A stretch of 64,000 bases of DNA, taken from the NCBI GenBank assembly GCA_030024085.1, contig JASEJE010000020.1, positions 129-64,128 on the forward strand, read 5' to 3'. Both the position numbers and the translations under genes were made by a program. Below, in pieces: positions 54,682-63,490 of the stretch (position 1 is its first letter; each line of letters opens with the position of its first letter). Source of the DNA: Bacillota bacterium (GTDB lineage Bacteria; Bacillota; SHA-98; UBA4971). A model generated the notes under the pieces. It made no database searches. It saw only the letters and a list, made by a program, of their open reading frames with translations, and was not told where the DNA came from.

Positions 54682-57600
54682 GCCCTGCCGTGGTCTCTCC
54701 GAGGATCTCTCGATAAAGCCGCGCGTGCTCCCGCGCCACGCAGGACCAGTCGTGCCGCTTGAGAAAGTCGCGCATGCGCCCTACCAGCTCGCCGCGGAGC
54801 GCGGGGTCGCCGAGAAGCCGGCGCAGCGCCTTCGCGATCTCGCCGGGGTCCTGGGAGGGGATCTTGTATACTTCCGGCCCGAGATCCGAGAAGAACGGAA
54901 CGTCCGTGACGATCATTGGCCTCTCGGCGGCCATCACGGTGCGCGCAGCGGCCGAGGTCCCGATGAGGCCGTGATCGCGGTACGGGAGCACGTTCACGTC
55001 CATGGAATGGAGCAGCCTCACAGCCTCGCGCTCAGTGAGATAGTCGTCGACGAGCGTCACCGCGTCCGAAAGCCGCAGGCGGTCGATGGTCTCCCGGAGC
55101 CGGGCGGCGAAGGCGCGCGAGCTCGGATAAGGCGCGACCGATGAGATCATGAAGCACTTGAGGGTCGGGTGGGCGCGTCGGACCTCCTGAACCGCCATGG
55201 CAAGCTCGATCATGCCTTTGTGGGGAAGGCAGAAGCCGAAGAACCCCACGGCCGGCCCCGTCCCTATGCCCAGTTGCGCCCGGGTCTGCGCATCGCTCGC
55301 GCCGGAGTCGCCATAGTCTCCGGGGCCGCCCGTGCCTGCGCCGCTATCCGCATTCAGACCCGGGCTTCCGCCTCCGGCTTTGCCGCCAGGAGAGTACCTG
55401 CTGCATCCCATCGGGATCACCACGACCCGTGCCGGGTCCGCACCCGCCCGGCAGTACGCCGCACGCGCCTCGTTCGAGTGGACGATGAGGCGGGAGAACG
55501 CTCGGGCGACGAAGCCGTTGTGACGGACCATTCCTGGAGCGAAGTCGTGGGCGGTGGCCGCCACCGCCACGCCTGCGTCGCGAAGGAGCGCCACGGCGGA
55601 TGAGAGATCGTCGATGTCATACAGAACGAACTCGTACTGAAAGTGGACGATGTCGACACGGTCTGCGCTCCGCGTTGGCGGCAGGAGCACCCCGGGCGAC
55701 GCCGAGGCGACGACGGTCGCCTGCACGCCGCACGTTTCCAGGCCCTCCACCAGCGCCCTGGCGTAATTCGATATCCCACACCGCTTTCCCCAGGATGGCA
55801 CCACCATAAGGACGCGACACGTTGCGCGCCCCAGTGCGTTCGCCGGCCTGTCTGCCGATCCCTCCGCCGGCCCGCCTGCGGGTCGGTTGGATGCCCCTGC
55901 CCCAGGCAAAGCCCGGGCCCGGGACCTGATCCCGGCATCCCCCCTGTATCTGCCGTCCTTCGCGATCTCTCTCACCCTGGGGACCGGCGGCGGTACCGTC
56001 CTGATGATGGGGACCTGCATCCTCTCAGTGCCCCGATGGGGCCGTGAAGGAGGCTGGCTGCCCCCGCCGCCAGGCCCGTCATCGGGTCCGTCTTCGCCGT
56101 GCGTCCCGGATGCAGATGCCGCGGCGCCGGCTGGTGGCGCCCATGTCGGCCCGCCGGCAGACCTCGTCGCCGCGCTCGCGGACATCCTGTCGTCGCCCGC
56201 CACCGCGTGCGTCGCACGCTTCTGCTCCTCCTCTACCTCGAGGAGCCTTGCGTACATGCGCCTCGCCGCCCTCTCCCACGTGAAGCCCTCCAGCACGTCC
56301 CGGCTGCCCCGCATGCCGATCTCCCTCGCCCGGGCCCGGTTCTCGTAGGCCCAGCGCATGAGCCTGCGAAGGTGCGCCTCGCTGGGGCGCGCCCAGCGGG
56401 AGCCTGCGTACACCATGTCATTCGGTATGCCGAAGGCGGGCACGGGCTCCAGGTGCTCCACGTCTATGAGCAGGCTGTTGTCGGCCGTCATGAAGTCCAG
56501 GTGGGACGACCAGTTGGTGCATATCGCCGGGACGCCGCACGCCATCGCTTCCATCGCGGTCATGTTCCATCCCTCGCCCCGGGTCGGCAGCACGAAGCAG
56601 TCGGCCGCCGCATACAGGCGGGCCATGTCCGCTGTGCTCACAAGGGTGGGAATGAGGATGACAGGCGGGCCGGCGTGCTTCCCGGCGACCCTCTGGAAGG
56701 CCGCGATCTCGTCCCTTATGCGCAGGCCGCCCGGATCGTACGTGGAGTTGTCGTGAACCCTGAGGATGAGACACACGTCTTCATGCGGCTCGAATTCCGC
56801 AAGATACGCCCGGAGGAGGATGTCGTAGCCCTTGCGGGGGATCCACTCGAAGACCGAGAGGAACGCGAACCCTCTCCTGCCTGTGACGGGCAGGGGCGGC
56901 ACACCGGGATGAAACCGGCTTTCGTCGACGCCAAGCGGCATGACACGGACCTTCGCCGCCTCGACCCCGCTATCGACGAACGTCGCCCGGTTGAACCTGG
57001 ACGGAACCCATATCTCGTCCATGAGGTTGCACCTTGCGACCCAGTCCTGCGGTATCCTGTCGGTCTCCAGCATGGTGAGGCCGATGGAATGACAGCCGGG
57101 CTCGCGCTCGAAGAACCCACCCAAGAAAGTGAAGAGGGTGGTCGCCCGTAGAATGTGGGCGTTATGCACCATCCTCTCCAGCAGCGAGCGCACAGCCGGG
57201 TCAAGCTCGACGCGGGCAGATCCCAGCGACCGGGGCCTGACGCGGATGTTCACCCCCAGCCTGTGGAGATGGAGCACGATGTTCCTGTTGACTTCGGCGT
57301 ACCCGGCCGCCTCGAACACGGGGCCGATATCTATCAGATCCACGAGACACCACCGTCCCGGAAAAAACCAGGAGCGGCCAGGCCGAAGCCTGGCGTGCTC
57401 GCGGGCATGGTCAAGACTCTGCGATATACTATGTCCATGGTCCGCGATGGGTTCCAGGGCATTAGCAGGCCCCGGTAGGGCATATAACTTGATCGGAAAC
57501 GGAGAGGGGGCGCCGCTATGGCCAGGGCTGGTGGGGCAGTGCTCGTGGTGGTGGTCGTGAGGCGGGCTTGCGCAAGCATCGCTGCGGGCGCCCTCCTCCT

Positions 57601-57940
57601 TGTCTGGCTCGCGGCGCTGACAGGGCGGGCGCTGCCGGTCGTCGCCCTCCCCCGGTCCGCGGCGGTCGGCAAGGTCATCGTGGTGGACCCCGGGCACGGC
57701 GGCATCGATCCGGGGTCTCACAACGGCGAGGGAACGATGGAGAAGGAGATCGTCCTCGAGATAGCGAGGGACATCTGCTACCTCCTTGCCAGGGCGAGGG
57801 CCGTGCCGATCCTGACCCGCCACGGGGACTGGGAGATGAGCCCCATCATCGAGCACGAAACCACGCGGCACAGGCGCGATCTCGCCGCCCGCATCCACAT
57901 CGCCCACCGCACGAACGCAGACGCGTTCGTGAGCGTCCAT
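54647..57940 (-). CDS. tandem two-domain glycosyltransferase (GT4-GT4 fusion)
   Basis: Two complete GT4 units (EGWNMTAMEAMACGVPAI and a second unit ending PFFSDLGPEVYKIP) joined by a Gly/Ala/Pro-rich linker. True start probably GTG near 57343 (VDLIDIGPVFEAAG); the ORF-track extension overlaps cwlD on the other strand. Confidence 0.6.
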   Translation of the reverse strand: MDAHERVCVRAVGDVDAGGEIAPVPRGFVLDDGAHLPVPVAGQDRHGPRPGKEVADVPRYLEDDLLLHRSLAVVRPRIDAAVPGVHHDDLADRRGPGEGDDRQRPPCQRREPDKEEGARSDACASPPHDHHHEHCPTSPGHSGAPSPFPIKLYALPGPANALEPIADHGHSISQSLDHAREHARLRPGRSWFFPGRWCLVDLIDIGPVFEAAGYAEVNRNIVLHLHRLGVNIRVRPRSLGSARVELDPAVRSLLERMVHNAHILRATTLFTFLGGFFEREPGCHSIGLTMLETDRIPQDWVARCNLMDEIWVPSRFNRATFVDSGVEAAKVRVMPLGVDESRFHPGVPPLPVTGRRGFAFLSVFEWIPRKGYDILLRAYLAEFEPHEDVCLILRVHDNSTYDPGGLRIRDEIAAFQRVAGKHAGPPVILIPTLVSTADMARLYAAADCFVLPTRGEGWNMTAMEAMACGVPAICTNWSSHLDFMTADNSLLIDVEHLEPVPAFGIPNDMVYAGSRWARPSEAHLRRLMRWAYENRARAREIGMRGSRDVLEGFTWERAARRMYARLLEVEEEQKRATHAVAGDDRMSASAATRSAGGPTWAPPAGAAASASGTHGEDGPDDGPGGGGSQPPSRPHRGTERMQVPIIRTVPPPVPRVREIAKDGRYRGDAGIRSRARALPGAGASNRPAGGPAEGSADRPANALGRATCRVLMVVPSWGKRCGISNYARALVEGLETCGVQATVVASASPGVLLPPTRSADRVDIVHFQYEFVLYDIDDLSSAVALLRDAGVAVAATAHDFAPGMVRHNGFVARAFSRLIVHSNEARAAYCRAGADPARVVVIPMGCSRYSPGGKAGGGSPGLNADSGAGTGGPGDYGDSGASDAQTRAQLGIGTGPAVGFFGFCLPHKGMIELAMAVQEVRRAHPTLKCFMISSVAPYPSSRAFAARLRETIDRLRLSDAVTLVDDYLTEREAVRLLHSMDVNVLPYRDHGLIGTSAAARTVMAAERPMIVTDVPFFSDLGPEVYKIPSQDPGEIAKALRRLLGDPALRGELVGRMRDFLKRHDWSCVAREHARLYREILGETTAGHGHSEVSSHVS

Positions 57941-58303
57941 GTGAACAAGGTGCGCTCCGCGTCAACCCGGGGGGCCATCGTCTTCTACAGTCGCAACAAC
58001 CCAGAGAGCAAACGGCTGGCCACGTGCATCCACAGCGTGATCCAGGACGTTGCCCCCCACCAGGGCATGTCGGTCCTGGAAGGAGACTACTACGTGCTGA
58101 ACGCTGCGAAGGTGCCCGCCGTCATAGTCGAGGTCGGGTTCATATCCCATCCTGAAGAGAAGGAGCTGCTCCTTGCGCCATCTTACCGCGGGCAGCTCGC
58201 CGAGGCCATCTTCGGAGGCCTCGTGCTGTTCTTCGAAGGGTCCGGAGTCACGCCCGAACGAAAGGCTCCCTCCCCCGGGGGGAGCAGGGAGCCTTCCCTC
58301 TGA
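57518..58303 (+). CDS. cwlD: N-acetylmuramoyl-L-alanine amidase (Amidase_3), CwlD-like
   Basis: VVDPGHGGIDPGS...FVSVHVN...VIVEVGFISHPEE metal-ligand pattern of Amidase_3. N-terminal TM/signal segment. Firmicute sporulation synteny. Confidence 0.75.
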   Translation: MARAGGAVLVVVVVRRACASIAAGALLLVWLAALTGRALPVVALPRSAAVGKVIVVDPGHGGIDPGSHNGEGTMEKEIVLEIARDICYLLARARAVPILTRHGDWEMSPIIEHETTRHRRDLAARIHIAHRTNADAFVSVHVNKVRSASTRGAIVFYSRNNPESKRLATCIHSVIQDVAPHQGMSVLEGDYYVLNAAKVPAVIVEVGFISHPEEKELLLAPSYRGQLAEAIFGGLVLFFEGSGVTPERKAPSPGGSREPSL

Positions 58304-58486
58304 GCGCTTCTTAAGTGTTGCGGCGCCCCGCGGTCTCGGTCATAGACTTACCGACGCAGCCGCGCGGCCGGCGTCGCGCGTCACGGAATAAGCGGTCGCA
58401 CCGGACTGCCGGCGGACCGCCCCTGCGGGGTGCAACGCCGGCGGCCCGTTCGAAAATCTGAAGCAGTGCTGGTGCCTACACCCGGA

Positions 58487-59305
58487 TCACCAGGTCCCTA
58501 TGAAGAGCTGCGTGAACATCTTTCCATAAGATCCGCCGTTCGCCACGCCCACGCCGATCTTGTTGTAGTTGGGATTCAGGATGTTCTGCCTGTGCCCGGC
58601 ACTGCTCATGAGCGCCGAGTGGGCCTGGTCAACGGTGGGCGCACCTGCGAGGTTCTCGCCGGCGGTGCGGTAGCTGATCCCGGCATTCGTCATCATCGTA
58701 AAGGGATCGCCATAGGTAGGCGACGTGTGACTGAAGTAGTTGTTGGCGATCATGTCCTGGCTCTTCTTGCGCGCGAGGTCCACAAGCCTCATGTCGACGG
58801 CAAGTGGCGCGAGGCCCGCATTCGTCCTTTCCCGGTTGACGAGATCGATCATCCGTTGCTCGTCAGCACTCAGCCCGGGGGTCGGGCCTGGCTGAGGCTG
58901 GGGTTGAGGTTGAGGTTGAGGTTGAGGTTGAGGTTGAGGCTGAGGCGCGGGTTGGGGCGACGGCTGCGGTGCCGGCCTGTACGGCGTGTATGAGCCGCCG
59001 CTATAGTAATACCACGTGTTCCCCGACGTGTAATACGTGCCTCCAGAACCTGAGTACGATCCGCCACTATAGTAGGTACCGCCATAGCCGCTGCCGCCGC
59101 CCGATGATCTGCCGCCGGTCTGGTAGTAGCCAGAACCTGATCCGCTGAAATAGTAGGTGTTGGTGCCCGGATTGTAGGTCGTGCCGTAGTACGTGGAGCC
59201 GTTCGTGGTCGTGTAATAGGTAGCCGCGAAGGTCTGGGCCGATGCCATGAGCACCGCGACGCTGGCAAGGACGATAACTGCTGCCAGGAATGCTCTTCTC
59301 TTCAT
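58487..59305 (-). CDS. secreted SCP/CAP-domain protein (YkwD-like) with Tyr/Gly-rich and (PQ)n low-complexity region
   Basis: Start MKRRAFLAAVIVLASVAVL (signal peptide, RBS GGGGAGGTG). C-terminal CAP domain (NRERTNAGLAPL...NYFSHTSPTYG...GENLAG...GHRQNIL). (PQ)10 is encoded by CTGAGG/TTGAGG hexamer repeats at ~58885-58950. Confidence 0.75.
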   Translation of the reverse strand: MKRRAFLAAVIVLASVAVLMASAQTFAATYYTTTNGSTYYGTTYNPGTNTYYFSGSGSGYYQTGGRSSGGGSGYGGTYYSGGSYSGSGGTYYTSGNTWYYYSGGSYTPYRPAPQPSPQPAPQPQPQPQPQPQPQPQPQPGPTPGLSADEQRMIDLVNRERTNAGLAPLAVDMRLVDLARKKSQDMIANNYFSHTSPTYGDPFTMMTNAGISYRTAGENLAGAPTVDQAHSALMSSAGHRQNILNPNYNKIGVGVANGGSYGKMFTQLFIGTW

Positions 59306-59407
59306 GAAAACACCTCCCCTTACTTCTATAGTAAGGGGACTGGCCCCCCTGTTCAACTGGGAAATGCCACCATTATGCCTCTGACCTGGACCGTACTGCC
59401 GCCGGAG

Positions 59408-59443
59408 CATAAAAAGCAGGGCGCCTTGCCACCTGGCGCCCTG
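59408..59443 (-). terminator. intrinsic terminator downstream of veg
   Basis: On the minus strand: GCAGGGCGCC-aggtggcaa-GGCGCCCTGC followed by TTTTTAT. Confidence 0.5.
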
Positions 59444-59477
59444 CCCTGAGTCGGATCAGGAACCTCTCCTCTGATGA

Positions 59478-59756
59478 TTAGCCCGCACAACCGATTCTTT
59501 TCTCGCCGCGGTCTCTCGACCGCACCGACAGCTTCACTGTCTCCGTGAGCACGTCGGCGTAGGTATATGAAACGCGCTTCACTACTCCCGGCTTCTCAGA
59601 CAACTTCACCACGAACACCTTGGGGTACGTATTCTCAAGGACCCCTTCGGTTTCGAGGACCCTCTTGCGACCCTGGTTTGCTCGTAGCGTGATGGTCTTG
59701 CCAACGAATGACTCCAGGTCTCTCTTGATGTCCTCAAGGGCGTTTCTGGCTACCAT
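59478..59756 (-). CDS. veg: Veg protein
   Basis: MVARNALEDIKRDLESFVGKTITLRANQGRKRVLETEGVLENTYPKVFVVKL...VSYTYADVLTETV aligns closely with B. subtilis Veg ([24 protein letters not shown]...VSYSYADILTETV). RBS AAGGAAGGTGG. Confidence 0.85.
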   Translation of the reverse strand: MVARNALEDIKRDLESFVGKTITLRANQGRKRVLETEGVLENTYPKVFVVKLSEKPGVVKRVSYTYADVLTETVKLSVRSRDRGEKRIGCAG

Positions 59757-59790
59757 CTTACCACCTTCCTTGGCGGGCCATACCTTGTTT

Positions 59791-59820
59791 ATTATACCAT
59801 ACGACCCCATGCCGGTCAAG
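59791..59820 (-). promoter_or_regulatory. sigma-A promoter for veg (TTGACC-17 nt-TGgTATAAT)
   Basis: Minus-strand reading: ccttccTTGACCggcatggggtcgtatggTATAATaaac. Consensus -35, 17-nt spacer, extended -10, ~35 nt upstream of the veg ATG. Confidence 0.6.
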
Positions 59821-59967
59821 GAAGGCAAAAGTATAGCCAACTGTCCCGCATCTGTCAACAGGACTTCATCCAATTCTGGCTCGCTCTTGCCGCCGAATGC
59901 CGCAGTATCAGCGCTCTACCGCCCTTTCTCGCAGCCGCTCGCGCCCTCGTGTTTTGAGCCTGCCGCC

Positions 59968-60873
59968 CTATCCGCTTCCAGTCGCAGTCCTTGCCCCGGT
60001 ATTCGGCAAGCTCAGCCTGAGTTTCCCTTTAGTCTCGACCCCTCCGATGCCCTTGATGCCGCTCACCGTGTTCTCGATAGCGTGGGTCACATGGACCACG
60101 CTATCAAAGGGCGTGAATGCCACCTTTTCCGCCACGAGGATGGGATCATAGCAGTGGATGAACACCCTCTCAGGCGAGCTAGCAAAGTTCGCGCCTGCCT
60201 CGAGGATGGCCTCGTAGTGGGACTGACACGCGCCGGCCACTATGACAAGGGCATCCTTGTCGGGCTCCACCTGACGCGCGCGCCGCACCGCTTCCGCGAA
60301 GTAACGCGATGTCCGGTAGTTGTCTATCCTAGTCCTGTCACCCCTCCGGGCTATGAGCCCGTCATGTCCGGTGAGCACGAGGATATCCGGCAGGTGCGTC
60401 CGCATCAGGGTCACGACCCGGTCGGGCTGAGCCTCCTCGGGAACGTGTTCCCCCACAACAGGCACTCCGAGTTCCTGGTAGTATCTGAGGCAGTTCTTGA
60501 GATAATCCCCATCCCCGTCGAGATGAAGGACGCGCCCTGGCATCTTGGCGTAGTCCACCCCCGGAGGCAGCACACCGGTTTCGCGCCCGCGAAACCCGGC
60601 TGCGCTGAGTTCCTCCGCCATGCGGCGCAGGAACACCCTCTCCAGGTACTCCCTCGAGAGCCTGTTCATCTGCTCCCGGGCGGACTCTATATCATTCTGT
60701 CGCACGCGCACGAGGTCGGCGACAGGAGCGTCCGCCATGAGGCGGGCGTTCAGCCCCTTGAGGACGGCCATCAGGCGGCGTGCGGGAGTGGACAGGATCT
60801 TGAGCACCGTGAATACGACGTCGGATCCGTGCGACTTTCGGGCGACCGCGTCTCCGACCCTGATACGCTCCAC
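59968..60873 (-). CDS. yabG: sporulation-specific protease YabG
   Basis: 301 aa in the veg-adjacent position, exactly as in B. subtilis (ksgA-yabG-veg). Conserved HDGLIARRGDR/ACQSHYEAI-type core typical of peptidase U57. Confidence 0.8.
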   Translation of the reverse strand: MERIRVGDAVARKSHGSDVVFTVLKILSTPARRLMAVLKGLNARLMADAPVADLVRVRQNDIESAREQMNRLSREYLERVFLRRMAEELSAAGFRGRETGVLPPGVDYAKMPGRVLHLDGDGDYLKNCLRYYQELGVPVVGEHVPEEAQPDRVVTLMRTHLPDILVLTGHDGLIARRGDRTRIDNYRTSRYFAEAVRRARQVEPDKDALVIVAGACQSHYEAILEAGANFASSPERVFIHCYDPILVAEKVAFTPFDSVVHVTHAIENTVSGIKGIGGVETKGKLRLSLPNTGARTATGSG

Positions 60874-60984
60874 GTTCTCCCCTCCATCGGCACCGCGTAG
60901 GTTGTCACCAACATAGTATGAGGTGGACGCTAAAAGGTGCCGATGCGGGTTCTACATGCTATTTCGGGCAGGCCTTGCGCAGGG

Positions 60985-61013
60985 AACACAAAGGCGCCCG
61001 TCCGGCGGGCGCC
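60985..61013 (-). terminator. intrinsic terminator downstream of the DUF458/ksgA unit
   Basis: Minus strand: GGCGCCCG-ccgga-CGGGCGCC followed by TTTGTGTT. Confidence 0.4.
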
Positions 61014-61052
61014 GTCTGTCTCCTGGCCCTGTGCGCGGGCCGGCGTGACCGG

Positions 61053-61805
61053 CTATTTCGTGTGCTTGTCCGCGACCTTCGAAGCTCCGTAGGAATCGGG
61101 CTTGATCCTCGCGGCAAAGCCCGTCCCTGCCACCATGCCCACGATCTCGCGGATGAGGTCCCTCGTCTCCCCATTCTGCCCGATGTCCAGATGGATCTCC
61201 ACGTCGAGTTCTCCGTAGCCGTTCTTCGCCAGCTTCTCTGCGAGCTTGCTTGCGACCCCAAGGCTCTTCGCGGTCTCGTAGAAGATCCTCTGCCTCAGGC
61301 TGCGCCCCATCCTCTCCCTTTCCTTGGTATAGTAGTAACGGGCGCCCTTGCCGACCCTGTGGACGACGATGGCCGTGACGAAGCAGGCATCCTCACGAAG
61401 CTGTGAATCGGTGCCGATGATGAGCTTGTACGGGATGCCAGGCACCTCCTGCATGTAACTCATGATGTCTTTGAATGTGTCGTTGAAGCTGAGCTTGCCC
61501 TTGGTCGGGCTTATGAAAACCACTTTCCTCACCTTGATGTCTCGGGATGAATACTGGTCACAGCCAGAAGCTCGTCGGCCAGCCTGGCAAATTCGTCGAG
61601 GCTGAAGGTTTCCGCCCGCCGCTTCGAGTTCAGGCCCGCTTTCCCAAACGCCTCCCTGACCGCATTCTCGTCCGCGCCGGGAAGCCCCAGACCTGCCCCG
61701 CCGGCCATGACGAGCGCACGAAAGAGCGTCTTTCGTCTCATCCGGAACCCCGCCCTGACCACGGCGAAGAACACACCCTCGCTCGCGACCTCGACCGCAG
61801 GCCAC
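61053..61805 (-). CDS. DUF458 (YkuK-like, RNase H-fold) protein
   Basis: KLSFNDTFKDIMSYMQEVPGIPYKLIIGTDSQL...CFVTAIVVHRVGKGARYYY. True start probably GTG near 61532 (VRKVVFISP), giving ~160 aa that abut ksgA. Confidence 0.55.
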   Translation of the reverse strand: MACGRGRERGCVLRRGQGGVPDETKDALSCARHGRRGRSGASRRGRECGQGGVWESGPELEAAGGNLQPRRICQAGRRASGCDQYSSRDIKVRKVVFISPTKGKLSFNDTFKDIMSYMQEVPGIPYKLIIGTDSQLREDACFVTAIVVHRVGKGARYYYTKERERMGRSLRQRIFYETAKSLGVASKLAEKLAKNGYGELDVEIHLDIGQNGETRDLIREIVGMVAGTGFAARIKPDSYGASKVADKHTK

Positions 61806-62449
61806 TCGCGCACGAGGAGGCGGACTATCGCCGAGTCCACGTTCGGAACGGGGCGGAACGCCCCCGGCGGCACGATGCCGACGATCTCCGGAACGGTATG
61901 ATACTGTATAACTACAGAAAACGCCCCGTACCTCTTGGATCCCGGAGCGGCTACCATCCTCTCTGCAACCTCTTTCTGCACCATCACCACGATGCGCTCG
62001 AAAAGCCTGACCTCTTCAAGGAGCTTCAGGATGACGGGCGACGTGATGTAGTAAGGCAGGTTGGCGACCACCTTGCATTTCCTGTAAGAAAGTGTATCAA
62101 ACTGCACTAACTCTGTCAAGCCAAGGTCGAGGATGTTGGCGTGAACGATATCCACGTTTGAGGAACGGGCGAACTTCTCGCGCAGGACCTCGACGAGCCT
62201 GTCGTCGAGTTCGACGGCGATTACGTGCGCGGCCCGCTTCGCAAGGGCCTCCGTGAGGGTTCCGGTACCCGCTCCGACCTCGAGCACAGCATCAGCGCGG
62301 CCGAGATCGGCCGCGCTGACGATGACATCAAGGTGCGAGGGGTCCACCAGAAAATTCTGGCCGAGGCTTCTCCTCGGCCGAATCGAGGGGATACCCCTCA
62401 ACCTGCGGGCGCAGGGTTTTACGGTTCCAGAACGTACACCTTTACCCAT
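61529..62449 (-). CDS. rsmA: 16S rRNA (adenine1518/1519-N6)-dimethyltransferase
   Basis: LGQNFLVDPSHLDVIV...VLEVGAGTGTLTEAL...ANLPYYITSPV are the KsgA SAM-binding and NLPY motifs. Confidence 0.9.
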   Translation of the reverse strand: MGKGVRSGTVKPCARRLRGIPSIRPRRSLGQNFLVDPSHLDVIVSAADLGRADAVLEVGAGTGTLTEALAKRAAHVIAVELDDRLVEVLREKFARSSNVDIVHANILDLGLTELVQFDTLSYRKCKVVANLPYYITSPVILKLLEEVRLFERIVVMVQKEVAERMVAAPGSKRYGAFSVVIQYHTVPEIVGIVPPGAFRPVPNVDSAIVRLLVREWPAVEVASEGVFFAVVRAGFRMRRKTLFRALVMAGGAGLGLPGADENAVREAFGKAGLNSKRRAETFSLDEFARLADELLAVTSIHPETSR

Positions 62450-63447
62450 CGTTTTCCGTAGCGCAGGGCCTCCTCAACGGTCCCGAACAGCAAGTCGATC
62501 CTGTGCCCCTTGATGGCCGCGCCGACATCGGCGGCGATGGCGGGGCCGTACCCCTCGACATAGAGTCGTGTCCGCAGGGGGATGATCCTGGGGTCAACCG
62601 CCACGATACCCGGTTCAGCCTTCATCCCGATGGCCGTATAGCCATCGGCATACTTTCCGCAGCTTCTCGGGCCCGGCTCGTAGGCGGTCGCAAGCATCGT
62701 ATAAGAGTTGCGATACCGGAATGTCCCGCGAGATGTGTACAGTGTGCGCACCGGGTTCCGCGTGCCAACGGCGAGCAGCTTGGCAACGGGTTCCCGTAGC
62801 ACTCTGCTGGACAGCACCTTTTCGCTCACTGCCCTGCCGTCCTCGTATGTAACGAGCACTTTCTGCTCTCTTACGCCTTCCACGCCTGGACGGATGACCT
62901 TCGTCTCGCCCCGGTCCATATTGGAGTCGGGCCTGCGCTCGATCCGGTACGCCACCCGCACCTGCCTCGTGATGACCTCGGACACCACCCGGATGACCCT
63001 TATCTGCATCCCGGGGGTGAGGCCCACCTCCATACCGGGGCTCACCCTGTCATCGGGTCTCAGCAGGACCCCGACCTGGGCCAGCACGTGCTTCACGGTG
63101 GGGCCGGTGGAACGGCACTGGACAGTCCGGCCGTCCACGGTCACCGTGACGGGGATGGCCCGGGTAATAGTGATGGTGGCAGAACCATAGACCCGCTCTG
63201 ACACATCAGGGGATACCCCGTCTCCGTCGCTCAGCTCGACGCCGGCCTGCTTGAGAATGTCACTCACTCTGAGCGCAGTGGTAGCCACGGAAATGACCTC
63301 GTCATCGACGATCACCTTGACCTCCCTGCTGGCCCCGGCAAGGCCCGTCAGAAGAAGCACAACGGCACACACCACAAGCGCGATCTCTCTTTTGTGTTCG
63401 CCTAGAACCGACGCCCGCTCCCGCTTTTCACAGGGGCCAGTCGTCAT
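62419..63447 (-). CDS. yabE: YabE-like cell-wall-associated protein (DUF348 - G5 - 3D domains)
   Basis: N-terminal TM, G5-like repeats, C-terminal 3D domain (YTAIGMKAEPGIVAVDPRIIPLRTRLYVEGYG...DVGAAIKGHRIDLLF). Position upstream of ksgA as in Bacillus. Confidence 0.7.
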   Translation of the reverse strand: MTTGPCEKRERASVLGEHKREIALVVCAVVLLLTGLAGASREVKVIVDDEVISVATTALRVSDILKQAGVELSDGDGVSPDVSERVYGSATITITRAIPVTVTVDGRTVQCRSTGPTVKHVLAQVGVLLRPDDRVSPGMEVGLTPGMQIRVIRVVSEVITRQVRVAYRIERRPDSNMDRGETKVIRPGVEGVREQKVLVTYEDGRAVSEKVLSSRVLREPVAKLLAVGTRNPVRTLYTSRGTFRYRNSYTMLATAYEPGPRSCGKYADGYTAIGMKAEPGIVAVDPRIIPLRTRLYVEGYGPAIAADVGAAIKGHRIDLLFGTVEEALRYGKRWVKVYVLEP

Positions 63448-63490
63448 CTCCTCATCCTCCTTGCGGCATCACACCTGCTGCCCACCTGAG

